Part shown: positions 1-9,598 of the stretch, piece by piece
Position numbering within the stretch: position 1 is the first letter of the stretch
Layout: every line of letters begins with the position of its first letter
IMG/VR virus record: IMGVR_UViG_3300032236_000747
Location: 290,681-354,680 of that record
Strand: one strand, 5' to 3'
Length of the DNA: 64,000 bases
Position numbers and translations under genes: made by a program
The notes under the pieces: model-generated
Told to the model about the DNA's origin: nothing
The model's database searches: none
Seen by the model: only the letters and a program-made list of their open reading frames with translations

Positions 1-19
1 GATATCAGTCAGTCAATCT

Positions 20-682
20 ATGGCTATTAAATTAGATGACACATATGTTCAAATTACTCCTGTTGATCAGTATTCTAATAGTACTACCCCTTGGACTTTT
101 AGTAGTACTGGCACACTTACATTCCCTAACGATACTGTGCAAACCACAGCCTATTTAGGAACTGCTACAACTGGAAGAGTTGGTGGAGTTAAGATTGGTA
201 GTGGCATTAGTATAACAGCAGATGGTACCATATCGGCTGCGGCAATTAGCACATCTAGTTTCTTAGTTAATAACTTTACCGCAGTAGGTACAACCACGGT
301 AGGTGTATTTAAAGCAACACAGGTAGCGGAAACATTCACTAGTTTAACTCCTGCCAACGCATCAACTGCTACACTTAACTGTTCAGGTGGTAATGTCTTT
401 AATATCACAATGGGGACATTGGGTCAAAACTGGACTCCATGGTTGACTAACCTTAATGTAACATCAGGCACAGTGGCTACTGTATCTATCATTGTTAACC
501 AAACAGGCACAGCTTACATTCCGACTAGTGTGGTTATTCCGGGCGCTACTAATACTAGTTTTACATGGCAAGGCGGATCTACTCCAACAGGTAGTCCTAA
601 CAAGAAAGATGTTATTGCTTATAACATCTACAGTACAGCAACTAACCAATATGTTGTATTAGCACAGTTGATATCATTCTAA
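20..682 (+). CDS. Putative virion fibre/structural protein (Thr/Ser-rich)
   Basis: 220 aa ORF; motifs GTLTFPNDTVQTTA and GGVKIGSGI recur in the large fibre at 9599. Confidence 0.6.
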   Translation: MAIKLDDTYVQITPVDQYSNSTTPWTFSSTGTLTFPNDTVQTTAYLGTATTGRVGGVKIGSGISITADGTISAAAISTSSFLVNNFTAVGTTTVGVFKATQVAETFTSLTPANASTATLNCSGGNVFNITMGTLGQNWTPWLTNLNVTSGTVATVSIIVNQTGTAYIPTSVVIPGATNTSFTWQGGSTPTGSPNKKDVIAYNIYSTATNQYVVLAQLISF

Positions 683-690
683 GGACTGCA

Positions 691-1509
691 ATGTTTGGAT
701 TTTTTACTAACGCTATAGGTTTTGGGGAACGACCTGCTATTAAGCAGACTGTTACTGCGGCCAACTTAACCGCTACTGTGACTGCTACAGTAGTTTGGTA
801 TGATATGAGTACTACTGGTACAAATTATGTAGATCAATTTGTACAAGCTACTTCTGCTGCTACCCCTATAAACAGCGGAACAGCTATTACTAAGTTTATT
901 AATCGAGCCAATACTGCAACTTATACAATGACAGTGTCGGGTAATCCGCAGTATGTTACTAATGCTAATAATACATTGGGTGCTGTCAAGTTCACAGGCA
1001 GTCAATACGGAACATTAGGTTCTATGTCAACAGTATTTGGTGGCAAGTCGGGGATGACTGCTATTGCTGTGGTCAAGCCCGCTGCAATGTCTACATCAAC
1101 ATCGGGTGGCTTGTGGATATGTGGTTCAGACAACGGTCCAGAGATGGTTATAAAATACGAAACTAGTGTATGGAAATGTACTGTTGCTGGATACACTGGC
1201 GCTACTACAGTTCCTTTGAACACTACTACTTGGCAAGTGTTCAGTTTTGTGTTTGATGGCATAGCACCAGCAACTGCTGGTAGACTGCGATTCCGTTATA
1301 ACAAAGCAGATCAAGTATTAACCTATAGTGGAACTGCTGGTACTGCCACAGGTGGTTCAACAGACAACTACTATATAGGTGGTATGGGATCAGGTCCTTC
1401 AAATCAAATGAGCGGACAGATAGGCGAGTTCTTTATTTGGAATCGTGCTCTTAAAGTTTCTGAAGTAAGTGCTATAGAAACTTATCTCGGAACCAAGTGG
1501 GGTATATAA
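691..1509 (+). CDS. Concanavalin A/LamG-like lectin-fold virion protein
   Basis: VVWYD N-terminal motif and C-terminal GQIGEFFIWNRALKVSEVSAIETYLGTKWGI typical of LamG-like domains. Confidence 0.75.
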   Translation: MFGFFTNAIGFGERPAIKQTVTAANLTATVTATVVWYDMSTTGTNYVDQFVQATSAATPINSGTAITKFINRANTATYTMTVSGNPQYVTNANNTLGAVKFTGSQYGTLGSMSTVFGGKSGMTAIAVVKPAAMSTSTSGGLWICGSDNGPEMVIKYETSVWKCTVAGYTGATTVPLNTTTWQVFSFVFDGIAPATAGRLRFRYNKADQVLTYSGTAGTATGGSTDNYYIGGMGSGPSNQMSGQIGEFFIWNRALKVSEVSAIETYLGTKWGI

Positions 1510-2873
1510 TGGCAATAACAATACGATCAGCACAGACTATCAGCAACGGTATTAAACTCAAAGGTAATTACAATATTAACGAAGGTATAATCTTATGGCT
1601 TGATGCTGCCAACCCAGCAAGTTATCCTGGTTCAGGAACAACCTGGTATGATTTAACCAGCAATCACTATAACGCTACCTTATATGGCGCTACTTATAGC
1701 AACAGGGCCATCAACTTTGACTACACACAAAGCCAGTATGCTGCACTAGCCGCTAACAATATCCTAGGTGGAGACTTTACAGCTATAGGTTGGGTCTATG
1801 TTCGCAGTTATCAAGCCTGGAGTAGACTATTTGATTTTGGTAATGGTGCAGGTGGTGTTAATGTGATTCTAGCAGTTACACAGGGCTCTAGTGGGAATCC
1901 TGTGTGGAGCACTGACGGAGCAGATAATATAAACAGCAGTCAACTATTACCTCTAAATCAATGGGTTCAGTTGTCAGCAACTCAATCAGGACTAACAGGC
2001 ACAATCTACATAAACGGACAACAAGTGGCTAGTGCTACTAATACTGGAATAGCTACTGTAACTCGTAATCTCAACTATATTGGCAAGAGTAACTGGAATG
2101 GTGATGGTTACCTAGATGGTAAGATTAAATCGTTGAAAATGTGGAATAGAACACTGAGTCCTAGTGAGATTAGTTTTGACTATCAAACTAACAATCCTAA
2201 TATTGTTACTACAGGACTCTACGCCAACTATGATGCCACTGCAATAACCAACACCACAACATTCCCAGACTCTAGCGGTAATGGTCGCAATGCTAGCTTG
2301 TTTAATGGTCCTACTACTACAATATTTAATGGTACACAAGTATTACAGTTAAACGGTAGCAGTCAATATTTTGCTAAAAATGATGGGTACGGTTCAGACT
2401 TGGACTCAGCGTTTACATTTGATGTATGGGCGTGTCCTGTAAGTGCTGGCACACCAGGAGTGCTGATAGCCGAATGGTCACCGACGGTTACTGGCGGCTG
2501 GCAAGATACACAGATGGGATTTACTAATGTGGATATCAGAGCAGGTGTTTATAATACTAATGCCGCTGTAGCCAAAGACAGTTGGACTGCTAACACTTGG
2601 TATCATATCGTAACAACATATGACGGGTCTATACTTAGAACCTATGTCAATAGTGTAGCAGGTGCTACTAGTGCAGGAGCAAAACAAAGTCCAACAGGAT
2701 CTAGTGTTGGGCCAACAGTTTTAAGTATGGGTATACCTTGTGCTGATTATCTAGGCGGCGTTAGCGGATACTTTCACGGATTTATTGGTGCTTGGAAAAT
2801 CTACAACCGAGCACTAACACCTGCAGAGGTAAATCAAAACTTTAACGCACTACGCGGTCAGTACGGAGTATAA
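1509..2873 (+). CDS. Tandem LamG/ConA-like domain virion protein
   Basis: Two repeats of LWLDAANPASY..WYDL / WNRTLS and YNRALT; ATG overlaps upstream TAA (TAATG). Confidence 0.8.
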   Translation: MAITIRSAQTISNGIKLKGNYNINEGIILWLDAANPASYPGSGTTWYDLTSNHYNATLYGATYSNRAINFDYTQSQYAALAANNILGGDFTAIGWVYVRSYQAWSRLFDFGNGAGGVNVILAVTQGSSGNPVWSTDGADNINSSQLLPLNQWVQLSATQSGLTGTIYINGQQVASATNTGIATVTRNLNYIGKSNWNGDGYLDGKIKSLKMWNRTLSPSEISFDYQTNNPNIVTTGLYANYDATAITNTTTFPDSSGNGRNASLFNGPTTTIFNGTQVLQLNGSSQYFAKNDGYGSDLDSAFTFDVWACPVSAGTPGVLIAEWSPTVTGGWQDTQMGFTNVDIRAGVYNTNAAVAKDSWTANTWYHIVTTYDGSILRTYVNSVAGATSAGAKQSPTGSSVGPTVLSMGIPCADYLGGVSGYFHGFIGAWKIYNRALTPAEVNQNFNALRGQYGV

Positions 2874-2874
2874 C

Positions 2875-3681
2875 ATGAGCCTAATAATTAATCCAGGATA
2901 CACAATAGGGCCAGGTACTACTCTACATAGTGGCAATCCAGTAATACCAGCACCAACGGGACTAACCAGTAGTAATCCTAGTACAAGTGCGTGGGCTATT
3001 AAACAGGCATATCCAAATAGTCCGGATGGCCGATACTGGATACAGAACGCTAACATTAACGGCGGAGCTCCTGTACAGATTTATGCTGATATGACCACAT
3101 TGGGTGGCGGCTGGACCTTATTAGTACAGAACCCTAGTTCAGACTGGACCACCTCAAATGGCTTATTACGCAATCAAACCTCACCACCTAGCAGTCTAGT
3201 TGACTTTAACAGCAATGGCTCCGGCACGGCCTACAGCATACTAGGTTGGGCAGATTATATCAAACGTAGCGCAAGCGGATTTGATTATATGTTTGATGCT
3301 GGCTACAGAGGACGCAACGGAGCGGCTTATACTGCTAACGAAGCCTATAGTTTTGTTGAAGTATGGAACAATCAATCAGTTGGAAGTGTTGGATTAGCTA
3401 ATAACGGTTGGCGCAAGAACATTACAGAAATTCAGCGTTTCCCAGCAGGTACTTCAAGCGATACTAACTTAACTTGGAACTACGATCAAGACGGTATAGA
3501 AGCTCGTATGCCCTGGTATGCCTACGGAGGCCACGATGCTCAAGCAATATTGACCACAGACGGCCCAGGCAATGGGGGGTGGTGGGGAACTATTATAGCA
3601 ACAGCTGGCTGGGATCCAGCACCATGGCATAACCCCTCAGGTTGGGGTTACCCAAAGGTTATCTGGTACTGGGTTAGATAA
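2875..3681 (+). CDS. Fibrinogen C-terminal-like (lectin) domain protein
   Basis: PDGRYWI...QIYADMTTLGGGWTLL motif characteristic of fibrinogen/intelectin-like domains. Confidence 0.7.
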   Translation: MSLIINPGYTIGPGTTLHSGNPVIPAPTGLTSSNPSTSAWAIKQAYPNSPDGRYWIQNANINGGAPVQIYADMTTLGGGWTLLVQNPSSDWTTSNGLLRNQTSPPSSLVDFNSNGSGTAYSILGWADYIKRSASGFDYMFDAGYRGRNGAAYTANEAYSFVEVWNNQSVGSVGLANNGWRKNITEIQRFPAGTSSDTNLTWNYDQDGIEARMPWYAYGGHDAQAILTTDGPGNGGWWGTIIATAGWDPAPWHNPSGWGYPKVIWYWVR

Positions 3682-3704
3682 CACAAAAACAGGTAAATAC
3701 GCAT

Positions 3705-4886
3705 ATGACACATCCAATACCATTTCCAACAAGCCCTCAAACAGGGCAACAATTTCTAGCAGATAATACAGTGACTTATATCTGGACTGGAGATCGTTGG
3801 TCTTCTAGTCGTGCTCTAGTTAATAGATATACAACATTTACTGTAGAAGAAGGCGCATTTGCAGATTTTGACTACAATCCATCAATTAATAAGTTATTAG
3901 ATAGTGGTGATAGTACTACAGAATCATACCGTTTTATAGATGCAGGCAGTTCTAATGTTGGACTTGAGCAAATAACTGTCACATCATCTTATCTAGCACC
4001 TAGCGGATACGCACCTGGTGATTTTGGCACAGTTACTTACTATATTGTACACGACGGCGCACAAGAAGCTGGTCTAGTTTTCCACGGACTAACCGGCGGT
4101 GGAGACCAAACAATAACAGGCACCTACGCTCAGGGCAGTAATACTTTAGTAATACCTCCATTATATCAGAGTTTATGGTCACAAATAGTATCTGTTAGAG
4201 CTTATGTGGTAGACAGTCTCGGTGATACATATTTTGCTGATGTTAGCGATATGTGGGAAACACCTTATGGTCCGTGTCTAGTAGCAGGCACATTAATGAC
4301 ATTGGCTGATGGAACACATAAGAAGATTGAAGACATTACATATGATGATGTATTGAGTGTATGGAACTTTGATCTAGGTGAAATGTCAGAAGCCCGTCCA
4401 CTATGGGTCAAACGCAAACAAACCGCCGGAGACTATACACTGGTAAAGTTCAGCGATGGTACAGAATTACGCACTGTTGGACACCATATATTCAACAAAC
4501 AAGTAGGCGAGTTTACAAAGATTATCACTGATGATACTCCGGTAGGTACTATCACCGTAAACGAACAAGGACAAGAGATTGCTATTGTTAGCAAAGAACT
4601 AGTGCGAGAAACTGTAGACTACTATAACATCTGGACACAGTATCATTTGAACGCTTATGCTAATGGTCTATTAACTGGCAACAAATATTGTAATATCTAC
4701 CCTGTTGTGGATATGAAGTATGTGAAAGATGACAGAACTTTACGCTCTGTAGAAGAATTTGCGGATATCGATGAGAAATATATCGCAGGTATGAGATTAC
4801 AAGAACAAACATTCGATTTAGCATTTATACAAACTATGGTAGATAGAATAGAATTATTAGACAGCAAGGCTGCTATAACAGCATAA
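3705..4886 (+). CDS. Virion-associated protein with Hint (intein/hedgehog-like) autoprocessing domain
   Basis: P/CLVAGTLMTLADG block A (Cys codon 4275), TVGH block B, YYNI...ANGLLTGN end (Asn codon 4680). Confidence 0.8.
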   Translation: MTHPIPFPTSPQTGQQFLADNTVTYIWTGDRWSSSRALVNRYTTFTVEEGAFADFDYNPSINKLLDSGDSTTESYRFIDAGSSNVGLEQITVTSSYLAPSGYAPGDFGTVTYYIVHDGAQEAGLVFHGLTGGGDQTITGTYAQGSNTLVIPPLYQSLWSQIVSVRAYVVDSLGDTYFADVSDMWETPYGPCLVAGTLMTLADGTHKKIEDITYDDVLSVWNFDLGEMSEARPLWVKRKQTAGDYTLVKFSDGTELRTVGHHIFNKQVGEFTKIITDDTPVGTITVNEQGQEIAIVSKELVRETVDYYNIWTQYHLNAYANGLLTGNKYCNIYPVVDMKYVKDDRTLRSVEEFADIDEKYIAGMRLQEQTFDLAFIQTMVDRIELLDSKAAITA

Positions 4887-4899
4887 TAGGAAAACAACT

Positions 4900-6522
4900 A
4901 TGACAACGAGAATTAAACAAAGACGCGACACAGCGGCAAACTGGTTAGGTTATAACCCAATTCTAGCACTGGGAGAAACAGGCTGGGAAACTGATACCGG
5001 CCGCGTAAAAATAGGCGACGGATCCTCAAACTGGCAAACCCTACAGTATGCAGTAGGTGGCGCAGGACACGGACTAGGTGGTGCTATTCAAATAGGAACG
5101 GTATGTACATCTGGTTCATATTGCGGTTGTTGTAATAACTCAGTGGCTATTGGCACAGGTGCTGGTTCTTGCTGTAGATGCAGCGGCCCGTCGATCGCTA
5201 TAGGACACGATGCAGGACATTGCAAACAACATGGATCTGCGATCGCAATTGGTCGCCAGGCAGGGCGTTGTTGCCAAGCTATGAATACAATAGCCATGGG
5301 TCGTTATGCTGGCTCATACGGTCAAAACTACGGTGCTGTTGCTATTGGTAAGTATGCTGGCAACTATGGTCAACAATCATATGGAGTAGCCATTGGGTAT
5401 GGTGCTCAAAACGGTTATGGTGGATGTAATGCTGTTGCCATCGGACATTATGCAGGCAGCTATGGGCAAAATACTTCTGCCGTAGCTATTGGACATCAAG
5501 CAGGTTCCTGTTGTCAAGGATATCGATCAGTTAGTATTGGACGTTGGGCAGGCCAGTGTTGTCAGTGCTACCAGTCAGTGGCTATCGGTGCATTGGCAGG
5601 AAGAGAATATCAAGGCGAGTGTTCGGTTGCTATCGGTCGTCATGCTGGTCTTGTAAATCAAGGTTCCAACTCTGTAGCTATCGGACATCAAGCAGGACAG
5701 GGATTAGGCGATAGTCAGTACTATTGTCACATAAACGCAACTTATGTATCTGGTGGTGCTAGTGGAGCTACAACATTTGTAGTCAATACTGTTGCAGGCA
5801 TTCACCCAGGTATGTATCCTGAAGGTGCTAACCTTGGCCCTCAAAAGGTCACAGCAGTTAACACAGCAACCAACGAAATCACTTTAGATTTTGGTACCTT
5901 TGGACAGTTAAGTGGTACATACTATTTCTACGGTGCTCAAGGTAGTAATGCTGTTGCTATTGGTGCATATGCTGGTCTTTCAGTTCAACAAGATAATAGC
6001 ATTATTATCAACGCTACAGGCATTGAAGTAAATTCAGCAGGTACAGGCACAACGGTAATTAAACCAGTTGCGCCAACTACTACTGGTAATCCTTTGTATT
6101 ATAATGCCGACACTGGTCAAATTACCTACGGTACTGTTAATCGTTATGTCAGCACTGCTACCAGTACACCTGTCAATGCCCCTGTAATTGATATAACTAG
6201 TAGTAAGGTATTCCTAGCACCGCTATCTGGTGGTAATGCCAGCTATGTAATACCAGGGAATGGATTATATGACGGACAAACTATTGAATTCTACCCACAA
6301 TGGGTCTCTGGCACAAATAACACAGATGTAGCGAACATCTTTATCTATGTGTCAAATATATTTGATATTAATTCAGGAAACGGTCAATACTCCGGTGGCG
6401 GATACTACAACTGGTATCCATTCCAAACTTATAACACAACAGGTGCCGCGAAAGGTACCGCAACTTGGGATGCCCACCAACAACATTGGGTGATTGATCC
6501 AGGTTGGACCAAGTTTGATTAA
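4900..6522 (+). CDS. Tail fibre: Mtd_N-like N-terminus plus Cys-rich YadA-head-like 14-residue repeats
   Basis: RIKQRRDTAANW...GETGWETDTGRVKIGDG N-terminus; repeated AVAIGxxAG units. Confidence 0.8.
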   Translation: MTTRIKQRRDTAANWLGYNPILALGETGWETDTGRVKIGDGSSNWQTLQYAVGGAGHGLGGAIQIGTVCTSGSYCGCCNNSVAIGTGAGSCCRCSGPSIAIGHDAGHCKQHGSAIAIGRQAGRCCQAMNTIAMGRYAGSYGQNYGAVAIGKYAGNYGQQSYGVAIGYGAQNGYGGCNAVAIGHYAGSYGQNTSAVAIGHQAGSCCQGYRSVSIGRWAGQCCQCYQSVAIGALAGREYQGECSVAIGRHAGLVNQGSNSVAIGHQAGQGLGDSQYYCHINATYVSGGASGATTFVVNTVAGIHPGMYPEGANLGPQKVTAVNTATNEITLDFGTFGQLSGTYYFYGAQGSNAVAIGAYAGLSVQQDNSIIINATGIEVNSAGTGTTVIKPVAPTTTGNPLYYNADTGQITYGTVNRYVSTATSTPVNAPVIDITSSKVFLAPLSGGNASYVIPGNGLYDGQTIEFYPQWVSGTNNTDVANIFIYVSNIFDINSGNGQYSGGGYYNWYPFQTYNTTGAAKGTATWDAHQQHWVIDPGWTKFD

Positions 6523-6542
6523 TACACAAAGGATAACATAAA

Positions 6543-6794
6543 ATGGCACAATATAACATTACAGCAACATCAGCTAGTAGAGACATGACAGTGAGTAACA
6601 CCACTATTGACATCTTGGTAGAAAATGAAGAAGGTGGTCGTCCAACAGCGGGCACAAGAATACAATTTCCAAGTCCTGCTGAGTTTGATACACTGGAACT
6701 AGCACAGAAATATGCCAACAGCTATGCTGGACATCTAAATGATCATTATCACGAAGGTGGCGATGATTGGGTTGGACAGGCTACAGCAGTTTAA
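6543..6794 (+). CDS. Hypothetical protein
   Basis: 83 aa ORF with AAGGA RBS. Confidence 0.6.
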   Translation: MAQYNITATSASRDMTVSNTTIDILVENEEGGRPTAGTRIQFPSPAEFDTLELAQKYANSYAGHLNDHYHEGGDDWVGQATAV

Positions 6795-7388
6795 TCAAGC
6801 TCTAATACCAGCGTCCTTCAACTGTAGGCAAGTTTTACATTTGCCGCAGGGTTGGATGCTTTCTTTTGAGTATACTGGAGTGCGGCATGACCAAAACATG
6901 TTCTTTAATGTGTCAGGCAAGCTGTCATAGATCTCACGCTTGGTCAAGTCAAGTACAGGGTAAATCTTCTTTACACTTGTAAAAGCTGACAGTATAGCAT
7001 TAGCACGGACTCTGCGCTCTTCTAGACTGTGATTGCTGTCATCAGACTGCATGCCTAGAGCTACTAGTTTGATATCAGGGTTTACACTACAGATATAGCC
7101 CGCAAAAAAGTTGATGCTGTCCGTGTCATACATATACTGTCCATTATAGGGTTGACTGGCTATTTGGCTTTCACTATAGACAAAACTGTAGCCTAGACGT
7201 TCTAGTTCTCTTAGTGCCATTTCGACTGTAATGGCCTCGGCACGGTGTCTGTCCTCTACATTGTGTTGATGCACGTGATGTATGTGTATCTGGTAGTCTT
7301 GATATTCAGGATCTGTTAATAACTTATAAACAGTACCTAGACTGTCTAGGCCACCTGAATACATTACAAGGATTGTTTTTTGTTCCAT
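6795..7388 (-). CDS. QueC-like adenine nucleotide alpha-hydrolase (7-cyano-7-deazaguanine synthase-like)
   Basis: SGGLDS PP-loop and C-terminal WSC...CGKCKTC zinc site. Confidence 0.8.
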   Translation of the reverse strand: MEQKTILVMYSGGLDSLGTVYKLLTDPEYQDYQIHIHHVHQHNVEDRHRAEAITVEMALRELERLGYSFVYSESQIASQPYNGQYMYDTDSINFFAGYICSVNPDIKLVALGMQSDDSNHSLEERRVRANAILSAFTSVKKIYPVLDLTKREIYDSLPDTLKNMFWSCRTPVYSKESIQPCGKCKTCLQLKDAGIRA

Positions 7389-7825
7389 ATATAAAATGTG
7401 TAAACGTTGTTAACGGGATGCTCTTCTGGCTGTGGATCTAGTTCATAGACACGTGGAAAATACACAGCGTATTTTGTGGGCCAGTTGGGATTTAAAAACG
7501 TGCGTGATATAAATCGATCACAATGATCTAGAACAATGGGCAACAAGCGTTCTGTAAAATCTTTACCCAAGGCTAGTCCGCCGTCGATTATTATAGTGTC
7601 CCAATGTTCGTTCAAACTAAACCAATCTTTGACCCTTATTTTAGGATCATTGTAAACTGGCTCTAGGTCCCATGCTTCTGTACATAAAGGTAATAGTAGC
7701 TTAGTGCTACCCAGCAATAAAACTTTACCTCTACAATATCTTTCAAATACAGCATAATCATCTTGATTAGGAGCAGCGGGCCACTCTAATGTTGTCCAGA
7801 ATTCGGGGTCGTTGATCATGCTCAT
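7364..7825 (-). CDS. Hypothetical protein, possible truncated class I SAM-methyltransferase fold
   Basis: KVLLLGST and DTIIIDGGL segments; preceded by TAAATA-N5-ATG. Confidence 0.4.
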   Translation of the reverse strand: MSMINDPEFWTTLEWPAAPNQDDYAVFERYCRGKVLLLGSTKLLLPLCTEAWDLEPVYNDPKIRVKDWFSLNEHWDTIIIDGGLALGKDFTERLLPIVLDHCDRFISRTFLNPNWPTKYAVYFPRVYELDPQPEEHPVNNVYTFYIWNKKQSL

Positions 7826-7913
7826 GTGGATATTTAAGCGGTAAATAACGGTAGAACATACAATAATGGCTGAGATTACCTAACTAGGTAAATATAGCAA
7901 ACGGAGACAACAA

Positions 7914-8240
7914 ATGTCAGTAAACTTTAGAAAAGGTGCTTATTACCCAGGCACAACCCAGAATCAAACAACAACTAGCACTAATGCTGTGACCAATGCT
8001 TTTAGTTCAACTACGAGCATTATTCGTGTCGCAGTACAAAATGATACATATGTTCAGCCTGTTAACAACTCTAGCACAACGGCCACTGTTAGCAGTATGA
8101 TCATCCCAGGTGGTGGCGTAGAGTTCTTCGCAGTTCGCCCGAATACATATCTAGCACACCTATTAGTGAGTTCGGCGGGTTGGATAAGTGTTACTGAACT
8201 TTCTAATCTAAACAATATTGTAAACGGAACAACTTACTAA
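7914..8240 (+). CDS. Hypothetical small virion protein
   Basis: 108 aa beta-rich ORF, TAAATA at 7889 and GGAG RBS. Confidence 0.6.
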   Translation: MSVNFRKGAYYPGTTQNQTTTSTNAVTNAFSSTTSIIRVAVQNDTYVQPVNNSSTTATVSSMIIPGGGVEFFAVRPNTYLAHLLVSSAGWISVTELSNLNNIVNGTTY

Positions 8241-9289
8241 TGTGGGCAAAACCTGGTCATGTTAAACCAGCTGGAAGTCTACACACCGTAGCCAAAGCTA
8301 TTAATATTAAGAATACTGTGGATCGTTACGGTTTCTTTGAACAGCAACTAGATGGTGGAACTTATATTGATTTTAATCAAAGTATTTCTAGACAACAGGT
8401 AAAGTTTATCTGTACCAACTTCAACGGCAATCCAACACACGGCAGCTATATCAAAGTTAACGGTACACTGATAGCAGGTGACAAGCAGGGTCTTGCCCCG
8501 GACGGTGTTAACACTAACCTTGCACCATTCCAAATGGGTCGCGGACATACCATTGTGGTCATAAACCCAGCTGATGGTTCTATAAGAGCTGGTTATCCAA
8601 AATTATATGATACCTACGGCAACTCCGCACTATGTAGCCAAATGAGACTTGATCTCAATATTGTAGACCCTAATGATATTGTAGCCATTGGCACATATGA
8701 TGCTACCAGCTGTACACAAGATCTTCGCGACGGTCTAACCAATTACTTCGGCGACATTACTTATAGTAACACATGGACCAGCAGTCGTATCAGCCAGATG
8801 TTCTTGGGCAAGCGAAACTCCTTCATTGACTATCTACCAGGTGCGGTTCGCAGAACCTATGGATCATACTATAACGGTACCAAAGCATATTTTAATACAG
8901 CCAGTGTTACAGCAACAACCGTTGCTACAGACTTTCAAGTTAGTACAAACACCGCTAACTTCAGCTATCAGTATCAAGGTTACATACTGGCAGACTATAC
9001 AGGAACTTGGACATTTGCGTTTACCACAGATGACTATTGTCATATCTGGATAGGACCTGAGGCACTTCGTTCACCGGACGTTGCTGGCGCAGAAAATGCT
9101 GCAAGTCCAATCGGCAGTGGTAGTTTTACAGTTAATATGGTATCGGGCACGTACTACCCAATTAAAGTAATGTACGGAAACAGTGGCGGGCCGGGAAATC
9201 TTACATTGTCCTGGAACCGCAACGGATCTGGTGCATCAACTAACTGGACCAACAAACTGTACTTCAACCCAAGAACAAATGGCTTCTAA
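8240..9289 (+). CDS. ILEI/PANDER-like plus PA14 carbohydrate-binding domain protein
   Basis: RGHTIVVINP..YDTYG..DIVAIGTYDA (ILEI-like); GYILADYTGTWTFAFTTDDY..YYPIKVMYGNSGGPGNLTLSW (PA14-like). Confidence 0.7.
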   Translation: MWAKPGHVKPAGSLHTVAKAINIKNTVDRYGFFEQQLDGGTYIDFNQSISRQQVKFICTNFNGNPTHGSYIKVNGTLIAGDKQGLAPDGVNTNLAPFQMGRGHTIVVINPADGSIRAGYPKLYDTYGNSALCSQMRLDLNIVDPNDIVAIGTYDATSCTQDLRDGLTNYFGDITYSNTWTSSRISQMFLGKRNSFIDYLPGAVRRTYGSYYNGTKAYFNTASVTATTVATDFQVSTNTANFSYQYQGYILADYTGTWTFAFTTDDYCHIWIGPEALRSPDVAGAENAASPIGSGSFTVNMVSGTYYPIKVMYGNSGGPGNLTLSWNRNGSGASTNWTNKLYFNPRTNGF

Positions 9290-9300
9290 TAAATACTATC

Positions 9301-9576
9301 ATGAGAGCAAAAGAATTTACAATTAACATTCCTATCAACATTAAGATCAATGGTGATGGCGAGCCTGAAATCAGCACAAGTCAAGATACCGAAGCTGATG
9401 TAGATTCTAACCCTGTATTTGTTCCGCCTCTACAGCAACATTTAGAGCTACACAAAGCAGAACTAGGTAAAGAAAGCCCTGTCATTGACAAACTTACACA
9501 AGATAATGATATTGGCACAGAACCGGACGGAACCGAAGCACAGCTAGCTAGACTCAAGCAACTGATGGCCCGATAA
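9301..9576 (+). CDS. Hypothetical protein, putative internal head protein
   Basis: MRAKEF N-terminus; TAAATA-N5-ATG. Confidence 0.55.
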   Translation: MRAKEFTINIPINIKINGDGEPEISTSQDTEADVDSNPVFVPPLQQHLELHKAELGKESPVIDKLTQDNDIGTEPDGTEAQLARLKQLMAR

Positions 9577-9598
9577 ATACTCAAACTAGGGTATTTTA

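Noticed and set aside
4900-6522. Complete diversity-generating retroelement
   Set aside because: No reverse transcriptase, Avd or template repeat is visible in this window
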